This document shows, piece by piece, positions 20,012-29,288 of a DNA stretch of 43,485 nt. The position numbers were made by a program, and so were the translations under genes. The notes beneath the pieces are model-generated. The model saw only the letters and a list, made by a program, of their open reading frames with translations. It was not told the origin of the DNA and did not search any database. This DNA comes from Alphaproteobacteria bacterium (GTDB lineage Bacteria > Pseudomonadota > Alphaproteobacteria > JAQWUY01), in the NCBI GenBank assembly GCA_049615605.1, contig JBMZFW010000002.1, forward strand, positions 1-43,485, in the 5' to 3' direction. Numbering within the stretch: the first letter of the stretch is position 1; each line of letters starts with the position of its first letter.

Positions 20012-20734
20012 TTATATGGAATATTCTTGTTCTATTAATTCAGCTATATCGTCAATGGTATCAACAATACAGTTTGCATCAACCAAATCATCTGTATTGC
20101 CATTGCCCGACAATACACCAACACACGCCCCTGCGTCCGCATTAAGTGCCATTGCCATATCTGATAAGTTATCGCCCACAACCATTACTTGGTCGTTATC
20201 AATATGGTTAAAATCCGCAAAACCATCAACCATACCGCGTTCTGGTTTTTGTCCATAACCGCTATCATACGCACATTTGAATATTTCGTTGTCATCACCC
20301 AGTTCCATTGTATCAAGTGATGCGTCCAATACGGCGGTACTGCTACAAGTGGCAATGCCAACGGCAATATCCATATCTTTTAATTGTTCAAATACATTTC
20401 TTGTATTTGTTATTTCAACCAATGTTTCTGGTAATAACTGACTGGCACGACTGTTAAAGTATTGTTCCATTTCATAATGGTTGTTATCCCCCAATATATC
20501 GCCCCAAACTTGCATAATCATAAATGCATCACCAATGGTGCTTAATGACCCTGCGGTGCAGATTTCGTCATCATAATCAATGCCGATTGCTGATAACATA
20601 GGGATAACTTTTTCCATATCACCCTTTGCCATTTCAGAAGCAACGGTGTTGTAAATTGGAAACCAAGTCTTGTCAAAATTAATAAGGGTGCCGTTCTTAT
20701 CAAACAACACCCCTTTTATTTCATATTCGCTCAT
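20012..20734 (-). CDS. HAD-superfamily hydrolase (subfamily IA-like), atypical motif I
   Basis: 240 aa. Motif I is VLFDKNGTL (Asn instead of the second Asp), motif II is IATCSS and motif IV is VVGDNLSD. Confidence 0.8.
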   Translation of the reverse strand: MSEYEIKGVLFDKNGTLINFDKTWFPIYNTVASEMAKGDMEKVIPMLSAIGIDYDDEICTAGSLSTIGDAFMIMQVWGDILGDNNHYEMEQYFNSRASQLLPETLVEITNTRNVFEQLKDMDIAVGIATCSSTAVLDASLDTMELGDDNEIFKCAYDSGYGQKPERGMVDGFADFNHIDNDQVMVVGDNLSDMAMALNADAGACVGVLSGNGNTDDLVDANCIVDTIDDIAELIEQEYSI

Positions 20735-20739
20735 AGCTA

Positions 20740-20979
20740 TTAAAAGTCTTCTTCCGAATTATTGAATGCTAACCATTTTTCAAGGTCAGTATAGCCACCA
20801 ATGTGGCTGCCATCAATTTCAATTTGCGGAACAGTTTTAACACCTGGGAATTTTTCAAAGAAAGCATCACGGCTGATGTCTTCGCCTAATTTTAAAACTT
20901 CTGGGTTATGTTGTTCTAATAATGCCTTTGCTTTTACACAGTTTGGGCAGTTGTCTTTTGAATAAATTACTACTTTCAT
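20740..20979 (-). CDS. glutaredoxin (phage T4 NrdC-like / RNR-associated)
   Basis: 79 aa with a CPNC active site, TVPQIEIDGSHIGGYTDL, and a position directly downstream of nrdB. Confidence 0.88.
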   Translation of the reverse strand: MKVVIYSKDNCPNCVKAKALLEQHNPEVLKLGEDISRDAFFEKFPGVKTVPQIEIDGSHIGGYTDLEKWLAFNNSEEDF

Positions 20980-20990
20980 AATTTTCCTCT

Positions 20991-21980
20991 TTAAAATTCT
21001 TCGTCAAATGATAACGTGCGTTCAGTTGGACGTTGGTATTCAGTAACCCTTTTTTCAAAGAAGTTTGTAACACCCTGTACATCAAGTGCACGCATAAAAT
21101 CAAATGGGTTTTCAGTGTTAAACACACGGGCAAAACCGAATAAGTCCGCAATACGATCGGCAACCGCTTCAATGTATTGACACATTAAATCAGAATTCAT
21201 ACCAATTAAATCAACTGGTAAAGCGTCAAGCACGAATTCTTTTTCAAATTCAACTGCTTCTTTTACGATTACTTCAAATTCTTCTTGGCTTACATCACCT
21301 GTGATTAACGCAGGGTCAATTAATACAGTATCGTCAAGTGTGCCGTTTAAATGCTTTTCGCGTAATGTTTTAAACATAAGTGCAGAGAACGAGAAGTGCA
21401 TACCTTCATCGCGGGCAATCCAGTCATTTGATAACGATAAGCCCGGTAATAAACCACGCTTACGGAAATAATAAATGGCACAGAATGAACCCGCAAAGAA
21501 TAACCCCTCAACTAAACCAAAACCAATTAATCTTGTTAATAGGTTTTGTTCACCGCTAAGCCATTTACTTACCCATTCCGCTTTTTTGTTAATACAAGGA
21601 ATGTTTTCAACAGCTTTGAATAACTTATCTTTTTCGTCTTGGTCGTCAACATAAGTTTCAATTTGTAATGCATAAGTTTCGGCGTGAATTGTTTCATTTA
21701 ACATTTGCATTGAAATAAATGCACGCGCTTCTGGAATAAGAATTTCTTTATAAAATCTTGATGCAAGGTTTTCGTTAATCATTGCTTCGCTGTTGGCAAA
21801 GAATGCAAGAACGTGTTGGATAAAGTGTTTTTCACCTGCTGATAATTTTTCTAAATCACGCAAGTCATCTTGGAATGATACTTCCTCTGGTGTCCAGAAC
21901 GATTGAACGTGTGTTTTATACCTGTCCCAAATTTCTTCGTATTGAATTGGGAAGATGGAAGTACAGCCCTTAGAAATCAT
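20991..21980 (-). CDS. nrdB: ribonucleotide reductase class Ia small subunit (eukaryote-like R2)
   Basis: 329 aa with di-iron/tyrosyl motifs (EAMINENL, NETIHAETY, LVEGLFFAGSF, ARDEGMH). The C-terminal FFEKRVTEYQR...FDEEF resembles eukaryotic R2 tails. Confidence 0.95.
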   Translation of the reverse strand: MISKGCTSIFPIQYEEIWDRYKTHVQSFWTPEEVSFQDDLRDLEKLSAGEKHFIQHVLAFFANSEAMINENLASRFYKEILIPEARAFISMQMLNETIHAETYALQIETYVDDQDEKDKLFKAVENIPCINKKAEWVSKWLSGEQNLLTRLIGFGLVEGLFFAGSFCAIYYFRKRGLLPGLSLSNDWIARDEGMHFSFSALMFKTLREKHLNGTLDDTVLIDPALITGDVSQEEFEVIVKEAVEFEKEFVLDALPVDLIGMNSDLMCQYIEAVADRIADLFGFARVFNTENPFDFMRALDVQGVTNFFEKRVTEYQRPTERTLSFDEEF

Positions 21981-22015
21981 TTTTTATCCTACTTTCAAAA
22001 TTATTTAATTATTAT

Positions 22016-24718
22016 TTATGCACTACAAGTTAAGCAATCTTCTGGTTCATTGCTACTTACCGCAGTTGTGTTTTCTTGTTTATCACCAGATACAGTCATT
22101 TGAACCGCATTTACCGCTGAACGTGAACGCAGGTAATACATACCAGTCTTAAGACCGCGTTTCCAAGCATACATATGCATTGAATTCACTTTACCGAATG
22201 TCGGCGTTGCAAGCCACAGGTTCATTGATTGTGTTTGGTCAATGTATGGTGCGCGTTCTGCAGCCATATCAATAACTGTTTTTTGTGAAGTTTCCCAAAC
22301 AGTTCTGTAAACCGCTTTTACATCATCTGGAAGATCGGCAATCTCTTGGATTGAACCATCATGCAAGATAATGTTATCACGCATTTCTTTGTTCCATAAT
22401 TGACGTTCTGATAATTCTTGTACTAAGTATTTATTCACTAGTAAGAATTCACCTGATAATGTTTGACGCTTATAGATATTAGATGTTTGAACTTGGAATG
22501 TTTCCGTGTTGCCAAGAATAATACCCGTTGATGCAGTCGGCATACAAGCAGTCGTTAATGAATTACGAACACCATGTTGTTTGATTTTTGCACGAAGACC
22601 GTCCCAATCCCACATACCAGATGGTGTCACACCCCAAAGGTCAAATTGGAATTTACCTTCTGAGATTGGTGAACCTTCATAAGTTGAATATGGTTCGTTT
22701 GCTTGTGCCATTTCCATTGATGCTTCCGTTGCACCAAAGTAAACAGTTTCAAAAATCTTTTTGTTAATTTCGCGGGCTTCGTCGCTGTCATACGGAAGTT
22801 TCATTTTAAAGAATACATCCGCTAGCCCTTGGATACCAAGACCGATTGGACGGTGACGCATGTTTGAGCGTTCTGTCTTATCAGTTGGGTAATAGTTAAT
22901 ATCAATTACACGATCAAGGTTAACTGTTGCAATTTTTGCCACTTCGTAAAGTTTTTCGTAATCATAAGATTTACCATCTTCGCTTACAAATCTTGGAAGT
23001 GCAATTGATGCTAAGTTACAAACCGCAGTTTCATTTTCATCAGAATATTCAACGATTTCCGCACATAAGTTAGATGACTTAATAACACCAACATTTTTCT
23101 GATTAGATTTTTCGTTAATTGCATCTTTGTAAAGCATATATGGCTGACCTGTTTCAATTTGCGCTTCAATGATTTTAGACATCAACGCACGCGCCTTCAT
23201 TGTTTTGTAGCCTTTGCCAGCTTTTTCATATTCTTCATATTTCTTGTTGAATTCTTCACCGTAAACTTCACTTAAGCCAGGGCAATCGTTTTCAGACATA
23301 AGTGTCCAATCCGCATCTTGTTCCACGCGTTCCATAAATAAATCTGGAATCCATAACGCATAGAATAAGTCCCTTGCACGGAATTCTTCCGCACCAGTGT
23401 TTTTACGAAGTTCAAGGAATGCATCAATATCAGCGTGCCATGGTTCAAGGTAAACCGCAAATGAACCTTTACGCTTGCCACCACCTTGGTCAACCGAACG
23501 AGCTGTTTCGTTAAAGATTTTTAAGAAAGGAATTAAACCGTTTGATTTACCGTTTGTTGATTTAATAACCGAACCGCTTGAACGAATGTTGTGTGCGTGT
23601 AAACCAATACCGCCAGCTGTTTTTGAAATTAACGCACAATCTTTTAATGTGTTAAAGATACCGTCAATTGAATCGTCTTCCATTGACACAAGGAAACAAG
23701 ACGATAGCTGTTGCATTTTTAAGCCAGAGTTAAATAAAGTTGGCGTTGCGTGCGTGTAATAACCATTTGATAACATATCATAAGTTGTCTTAACTTTTTC
23801 CGCATCAAATTCATCACAACCACAAGTAAGCGCAACACGCATCCACACATCTTGTGGGCGTTCAACTGGCTTACCGTCAACTTTAAGAAGGTATGCTTTC
23901 ATTAAAGTAGTTAATGCAAAGTAATCAAATCTGTAATCGCGATCGTAATCAATTATTGCTTCAATTTCTTTGGCATTTTCTTCAACTTTTTTAACATATT
24001 CTGGTCTTAATAAACCGTCTTCATCAAGTGTGCGTGTCGCCACAACGAAACCTGGTGTTTCTTTGTGTAAGGCATTTGCCTTAATGCGCGCTGCCACTAG
24101 TGAATAATCTGGGTGTTCAACCGTTAATGCGGCTGCGGTTTCAGCTAGATAATTATCAATTTCTTCCGTTGTGATACCATCGTATAAACCAGCAACGGCT
24201 TTTTGTGCGATAATCATTGGATTAATTTCAAGTCCCTTAGATAAAACGCTAACACGGTTTGCAATTTTATCAAGCGATACTGATTGGCGTGTGCCATCGC
24301 GTTTGATAACGCCCATTGAACCAAGCTTGCCACCCATTTCTTCTTTAAGTGCATCCGCTTGTTCACGAGATTTTTCCCTTTGGTCACGATATAATACATA
24401 TGCACGGGCAACTTTGTGTTCTTCCGCACGCATAAGGGCAAGTTCAACTTGGTCTTGGATATCTTCAATTAAAATAGAAGAGCCTTTTTCAACTCTTTTT
24501 GCAAGGGCTTGTTCAACTGACGATGTGATTTCCATAACTTTATCGTCAATTTTAATTTCTTCGTCTTTATCAAGGTCTTTTGAAACACCTTCTTGTGCTA
24601 AAAAGGCTTTCTTAATTGCTTCGTAAATTTTTTCTTTGTTAAATGTTACCTCATCGCCATCGCGTTTTTTTACTTTTATATCTTTAAATTCCGTATTTTT
24701 TTCGTCTACATTCAACAT
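22016..24718 (-). CDS. nrdA: ribonucleotide reductase class Ia large subunit (eukaryote-like R1) with two N-terminal ATP-cones
   Basis: The catalytic core has LSSCFL, NLCAEI..AVCNLASI and PTAST, with a C-terminal CLTCSA redox tail. I prefer ATG 24718 (MLNVDEK), preceded by the SD AGGTGG, over the track GTG start at 24727. Confidence 0.95.
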   Translation of the reverse strand: MLNVDEKNTEFKDIKVKKRDGDEVTFNKEKIYEAIKKAFLAQEGVSKDLDKDEEIKIDDKVMEITSSVEQALAKRVEKGSSILIEDIQDQVELALMRAEEHKVARAYVLYRDQREKSREQADALKEEMGGKLGSMGVIKRDGTRQSVSLDKIANRVSVLSKGLEINPMIIAQKAVAGLYDGITTEEIDNYLAETAAALTVEHPDYSLVAARIKANALHKETPGFVVATRTLDEDGLLRPEYVKKVEENAKEIEAIIDYDRDYRFDYFALTTLMKAYLLKVDGKPVERPQDVWMRVALTCGCDEFDAEKVKTTYDMLSNGYYTHATPTLFNSGLKMQQLSSCFLVSMEDDSIDGIFNTLKDCALISKTAGGIGLHAHNIRSSGSVIKSTNGKSNGLIPFLKIFNETARSVDQGGGKRKGSFAVYLEPWHADIDAFLELRKNTGAEEFRARDLFYALWIPDLFMERVEQDADWTLMSENDCPGLSEVYGEEFNKKYEEYEKAGKGYKTMKARALMSKIIEAQIETGQPYMLYKDAINEKSNQKNVGVIKSSNLCAEIVEYSDENETAVCNLASIALPRFVSEDGKSYDYEKLYEVAKIATVNLDRVIDINYYPTDKTERSNMRHRPIGLGIQGLADVFFKMKLPYDSDEAREINKKIFETVYFGATEASMEMAQANEPYSTYEGSPISEGKFQFDLWGVTPSGMWDWDGLRAKIKQHGVRNSLTTACMPTASTGIILGNTETFQVQTSNIYKRQTLSGEFLLVNKYLVQELSERQLWNKEMRDNIILHDGSIQEIADLPDDVKAVYRTVWETSQKTVIDMAAERAPYIDQTQSMNLWLATPTFGKVNSMHMYAWKRGLKTGMYYLRSRSAVNAVQMTVSGDKQENTTAVSSNEPEDCLTCSA

Positions 24719-24847
24719 TTTGCCCACCTAATTAAAAAATTTGCCCTTTATATTTTTTACAATTTTCTTGCGTCACAGGTACTAAAAACCACCTATTCCA
24801 TAAGAATAAAAAGTTAACTTATCCAAAAACCTAAAAACTTGGTAAAA

Positions 24848-24863
24848 ACACTATATCTTGTGT
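24848..24863. promoter_or_regulatory. candidate NrdR box upstream of nrdA
   Basis: ACACTATATCTTGTGT matches the published palindromic NrdR-box consensus acaCwAtATaTwGtgt at 15/16 positions and lies ~130 nt upstream of the nrdA start. A weaker half-matching box, TATCAATATATATACC, lies at 24878-24893. Confidence 0.5.
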
Positions 24864-25109
24864 TTATTTCGTCAACCTATCAATATATATACCAATATGC
24901 TGAATCTAAATCAATAGGATATTTTCACTTTTTTTCACTTTTTTTTGAAAGTTTAAGAAAACCAAGGGCTACAGAATCAAAAAAAAATTCAAGCACCCCT
25001 TGCATAAAAAATAGGCAATTTTTTAGGTGTGATTCTGTATCCTATATATAGCCTTGCATTCGACTCTTTTTTGCCTTATTTTTTAAATAAATTGGAATTG
25101 AAAAAAATT

Positions 25110-26225
25110 ATGAAAAATAAAAAATCTGAAAAAATTATTATCATCGGTGGTGGTGTTTGTGGTCTTAGTTGTGGATTGGAACTTGCCAAATTGGGATATG
25201 ATACTGATATATATGAAAAAAATAAAATCGGTACAGGTGCAACAAATAAATCGGGTGGTATGCTTGCCGGCGGAATTGAAAATGAACCAAGTGAACAGAA
25301 CCTGTGGGAATTAAACGCATACAGCCAATCGCTTTGGACGGATTATAAAAAGTCACTTGAAGCCGATTCAAAAATTGATATTGATTATCAAGACCATGGG
25401 ACAATGATGGTTGGCACAACAGCCGACGATATGAACCAAATTGAATTCCTGTATAATTACCAACAATCAATCGGTGTTAATACGGAAATGTTATCCGCCC
25501 GTGATATTACAAAGATAGAACCGCACCTTAAAACAACGGGCGGTATGATTGTTAAATCTGACCACCAAGTTGACAGTATTAAATTAACATTCGCCCTTGC
25601 AACCGCATTTACAAAATTGGGCGGTAATGTTTTTGAAGGCACGGAAATTAAAAAGATTATTCACGATGGTACAACCGCAACGGGGATTGAACTTAACGAT
25701 GGCACAATTAAAACCGCTGATAAAATATTAATCGCAAGCGGAATAGACACGCCAGAATTATTAAAGGACATTATTCAAATTCCAATCCGCCCATTAAAGG
25801 GGCAGATGTTAAGCCTTAATATGAATACCCGTTTAATTGATAGGGTAATATGGGCACCAAAGACTTATCTTATTCCAAAATCAGATAACACATTGTTAAT
25901 TGGCGCAACAGTTGAAGAACAGGGTTTAAATAATGACATTACCGCAGGCGGTATATATTCATTGCTTGAATCAGCATGGCGAGTTCTTCCGTCAATAGAA
26001 GACTTACCGATAAAAGATATGTGGGTTGGTTTTCGCCCCACCGCCCGTGATGATGCACCGATACTTGGCAAATTACCTGTAAACGGTTTGTATATGGCAT
26101 CGGGTCATCACCGCAATGGTATCTTGCTTGCCCCTGCCACAGGTAAAATAATGGCACAAGTAATTGATACAGATACAAACCCAGACATTATAAACAATTT
26201 CACTATTGATAGATTCAGTAAATAA
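25110..26225 (+). CDS. thiO: glycine oxidase (FAD-dependent), thiazole biosynthesis
   Basis: There is an FAD fold IIIIGGGVCGLSCGLELAKLG just after ATG 25110 and a DAO-family C-terminus SGHHRNGILLAP. It is followed by thiS-thiG-thiE. The track start at 25029 is an unsupported extension. Confidence 0.88.
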   Translation: MKNKKSEKIIIIGGGVCGLSCGLELAKLGYDTDIYEKNKIGTGATNKSGGMLAGGIENEPSEQNLWELNAYSQSLWTDYKKSLEADSKIDIDYQDHGTMMVGTTADDMNQIEFLYNYQQSIGVNTEMLSARDITKIEPHLKTTGGMIVKSDHQVDSIKLTFALATAFTKLGGNVFEGTEIKKIIHDGTTATGIELNDGTIKTADKILIASGIDTPELLKDIIQIPIRPLKGQMLSLNMNTRLIDRVIWAPKTYLIPKSDNTLLIGATVEEQGLNNDITAGGIYSLLESAWRVLPSIEDLPIKDMWVGFRPTARDDAPILGKLPVNGLYMASGHHRNGILLAPATGKIMAQVIDTDTNPDIINNFTIDRFSK

Positions 26226-26239
26226 GTTATAATTAGCAA

Positions 26240-26443
26240 ATGAATTTAATAATCAATGGCGAACAACTTAACAGCACCAAACAAACACTTGCTGATATTT
26301 TAATGGAACAAGGAATTTCCATTGACACAAAAGGTGTGGCGGTTGCACTTAATGAACAAGTAATCACAAAGTCAAAATGGAATGAAACAAACCTTAATGA
26401 TAATGATGTGATTGAAATTGTAAAACCATTTCAAGGCGGTTAA
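26240..26443 (+). CDS. thiS: thiamine biosynthesis sulfur carrier ThiS
   Basis: 67 aa, starting MNLIINGEQ and ending with C-terminal GG. Confidence 0.9.
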   Translation: MNLIINGEQLNSTKQTLADILMEQGISIDTKGVAVALNEQVITKSKWNETNLNDNDVIEIVKPFQGG

Positions 26444-26451
26444 AAAAAATA

Positions 26452-27219
26452 ATGAGTGATATTTTTGAAATAGGCGATTTAAAATTAAACAGTCGTTTAC
26501 TTGTGGGAACAGCAATGTTTCCAAATCAACAAACGATGGTTGATGCCATACAAGCAAGCGGTTCTGAATTCGTTACCGTATCAATTCGTCGTATATCAAT
26601 GGAACAATACAACGAAAGCCCAATTGATTTATTAAAGGGTTATAACATTTTACCAAATACCGCAGGGTGCGAAACACCAAAAGATGTAATCTTAACCGCA
26701 AACCTTGCAAGGGAAAGTTTAGAAACGAATTGGATTAAGCTGGAATTAATTGCCGATAGGCAAACATTATACCCAGATGTGGAAAACATTGTTGATGTTG
26801 CCGAAGAACTTGTAAAAGATGGCTTTAATGTATTACCATATTGCACAGACGACCCAATTATATGTAAAAAGCTTGCCGATGTTGGGTGTAAAGCTGTAAT
26901 GCCACTTGGCGCACCAATTGGAACGGGCTTGGGCATTTGCAATCCATATAACATTGAACTTATTTGTAAAAATTCATCTGTGCCTGTAATCCTTGATGCG
27001 GGAATTGGCACGCCATCTGATGCAACGCGCGCAATGGAACTTGGTTGTTCTGCGGTTCTGTTAAATACAGCCATTTCAAAATCAGAAGACCCAGTCCTTA
27101 TGGCATCTGCATTCAAAGACGCGGTAAGTGCAGGACGCAAAGGTTATTTATCTGGTCGTATGGCAAAGAAATTCCACGCGGAAGCATCATCCCCACAAAT
27201 GGGATTGATTGGTGGGTAA
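26452..27219 (+). CDS. thiG: thiazole synthase
   Basis: 255 aa with LNSRLLVGTA, NTAGC, KLE.I.D, VMPLGAPIG and DAGIGTPSDA. Confidence 0.95.
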   Translation: MSDIFEIGDLKLNSRLLVGTAMFPNQQTMVDAIQASGSEFVTVSIRRISMEQYNESPIDLLKGYNILPNTAGCETPKDVILTANLARESLETNWIKLELIADRQTLYPDVENIVDVAEELVKDGFNVLPYCTDDPIICKKLADVGCKAVMPLGAPIGTGLGICNPYNIELICKNSSVPVILDAGIGTPSDATRAMELGCSAVLLNTAISKSEDPVLMASAFKDAVSAGRKGYLSGRMAKKFHAEASSPQMGLIGG

Positions 27220-27221
27220 TT

Positions 27222-27806
27222 GTGCTTCCTAGTATCTGTGTGTTAAGCGACAGTAAATCTGCCGATAAAAAAATAAATGATATTTTAAAACAATGTATTG
27301 ATAATGGTGCAAATTGGATTGCCATTCGTGAATACGATTTAGATGAATCTGAATTACAAAACTTATGCGAAGAAATTATTAAGTACGGTGAAAGCACGGG
27401 AACATTAATAAGCGTTTGGAACAATTCAAAAATTGCCGAAGATTTACAAATCGGTCTGCACCAATCCATTGATAACCTAGATACCAGTATTAAAAATAAC
27501 TTGGGTTATGACAGCCCGCTTGGTGTATCAACCCACAATGAAACAGAAATGACACAAGCCCGCGGGTCTGATTACATTACATTAAGTCCAGTTTTTGACA
27601 GCATATCAAAAAATGGCTACACAGGGTTTGGTCTTGATAAATTATCAAGCCTTGCAATGTATTCAAACACCCCTGTCTTTGCAATGGGCGGCATTGATGA
27701 AAGCAATATTGACAGCGTATTTGAAGCGGGTGTTTATGGGGCTTTCTTATGTGGTAGTGTAATGAAAAACCCAGATATATTAAAGTCCTTAAACGAATAT
27801 TTATAA
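27222..27806 (+). CDS. thiE: thiamine-phosphate synthase
   Basis: The ThiE motifs are GVSTHNETE, GSDYITLSPVF and VFAMGGI. There is no in-frame ATG after the thiG stop, so the most plausible start is GTG 27222 (or ATT 27219). The track ORF start at 27045 lies inside thiG. Confidence 0.8.
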   Translation: MLPSICVLSDSKSADKKINDILKQCIDNGANWIAIREYDLDESELQNLCEEIIKYGESTGTLISVWNNSKIAEDLQIGLHQSIDNLDTSIKNNLGYDSPLGVSTHNETEMTQARGSDYITLSPVFDSISKNGYTGFGLDKLSSLAMYSNTPVFAMGGIDESNIDSVFEAGVYGAFLCGSVMKNPDILKSLNEYL

Positions 27807-27879
27807 AAACCTTTGCAATTATTGTCTTTTTCGCATATATTTACTTCTTGAAAATATATACATTTAAAAGGTGGCAGTT

Positions 27880-29286
27880 ATGAATATTATCAAATCTTTA
27901 TCTTTAGCATTATTTGCTATTGCAGTTCCAAGTTTCGCATTTGCAAGTACATCGGTGGGTGATTACACAACAACACTTGCAGGTTTAATTGCGGTTGCAA
28001 CATTTGTTATTGCATATTTACTAGTAATATTTGAAGAACAGCTTCACCTTAAAAAATCAGTCCCTGTAATTACAGCGGCGGGTGTGATTTGGTTTATCGT
28101 TGCCGCTGTATTATCAAAAACGGGTGATATGCACACAGCAAACGAAGCATTCAAACACGCCATTATTGAATTTGCCGAATTATTCTTATTCTTGCTAGCG
28201 GCGATGACATTTATTAATTCAATGCAGGTATTTGATGTATTTGAAGCAATCCGTGCAAAAATTATTCGTATGGGGTTATCATTAAAAGCTATCTTTTGGG
28301 TAACTGGTTTAATCGCATTCTTCTTATCACCAGTTGTAGATAACTTAACAACGGCACTTGTTATGGGTACAATTGTACTAGCTGTTGCACAAAATAATTC
28401 AAAATTTATTGCCCTTGCGTGTTTAAACATTGTTGTTGCGGCAAACGCAGGCGGTGCATTTTCACCATTTGGTGATATTACAACATTAATGGTATGGCAA
28501 TCAGGTAAAGTACAATTTGTTGAATTCCTTGCCCTATTTGTTCCAAGTGTTGTTAACTGGATTGTTCCAGCGGTTATAATGAGCTTTACAATTGAAAACA
28601 AACAACCAAAAGGTTTCGTTGGTGATGCCAAAGTTGCCGATGGTGGTTATATGGTTGTTGCCTTGTTTATTCTTTCAATCGTAATGGCTGTATCGGCACA
28701 CAATATGTTCCACATGCCACCAGTTCTTGGTATGATGACTGGTCTTGGTTTATTAAAGTTTTATGCGTGGATTTACGATCACAATATTTCAATCCACCAA
28801 TTAACATCTGATACAAAAGGTTTAGAAAAACGCCTGCAAGAACGCGCAAAAAGAAAGTTTGATATTTTCAAAGAAGTTGAACGCGCGGAATGGGATACAC
28901 TATTATTCTTCTATGGGGTTGTTGTATGTGTTGGCGGTTTAGGTACGCTTGGTTATATGGCATTGTTATCTGATATTATGTACAACCAAATTGGTGTGTT
29001 ACCTGCAAACATTCTTGTTGGTGTATTATCGGCAATCGTTGATAACATTCCTGTAATGTTTGCCGTATTAACAATGGATCCACAAATGGCACTTAACGAT
29101 TGGTTGCTTGTAACATTAACTGCTGGTGTTGGTGGTTCAATGTTATCAATTGGTTCAGCCGCAGGTGTTGCAATGATGGGTCAAGCCCGTGGTTATTACA
29201 CATTCTTTAGCCACCTTAAATGGACTTGGGCAATTGCACTGGGTTATGGTGCGTCTATTTGGGTGCATATCTTAATCAACGGTTAA
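27880..29286 (+). CDS. nhaD: NhaD-family Na+/H+ antiporter
   Basis: ~468 aa, polytopic, with FFLSPVVDNLTTALVMG and AIVDNIPVMF motifs. ATG 27880 is preceded by AAAAGGTGG, and the track GTG 27871 overlaps that RBS. Confidence 0.88.
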   Translation: MNIIKSLSLALFAIAVPSFAFASTSVGDYTTTLAGLIAVATFVIAYLLVIFEEQLHLKKSVPVITAAGVIWFIVAAVLSKTGDMHTANEAFKHAIIEFAELFLFLLAAMTFINSMQVFDVFEAIRAKIIRMGLSLKAIFWVTGLIAFFLSPVVDNLTTALVMGTIVLAVAQNNSKFIALACLNIVVAANAGGAFSPFGDITTLMVWQSGKVQFVEFLALFVPSVVNWIVPAVIMSFTIENKQPKGFVGDAKVADGGYMVVALFILSIVMAVSAHNMFHMPPVLGMMTGLGLLKFYAWIYDHNISIHQLTSDTKGLEKRLQERAKRKFDIFKEVERAEWDTLLFFYGVVVCVGGLGTLGYMALLSDIMYNQIGVLPANILVGVLSAIVDNIPVMFAVLTMDPQMALNDWLLVTLTAGVGGSMLSIGSAAGVAMMGQARGYYTFFSHLKWTWAIALGYGASIWVHILING

Positions 29287-29288
29287 TT

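Noticed and set aside
27045-27221. N-terminal 59 codons of the track ORF for thiE
   Set aside because: This stretch overlaps the 3' end of thiG in another frame and translates to non-ThiE-like sequence (MFCGSVKYSHFKIRRPSPYG...). The real start is placed at 27222.
28044-28631. 195-aa ORF antisense to nhaD (similar cases: 26640-27140 vs thiG, 32707-33228 vs ftsH, 36637-37200 vs tolA, 8422-8856 vs bax)
   Set aside because: All lie fully inside strongly supported genes on the opposite strand and show no recognisable motifs. These are shadow ORFs.
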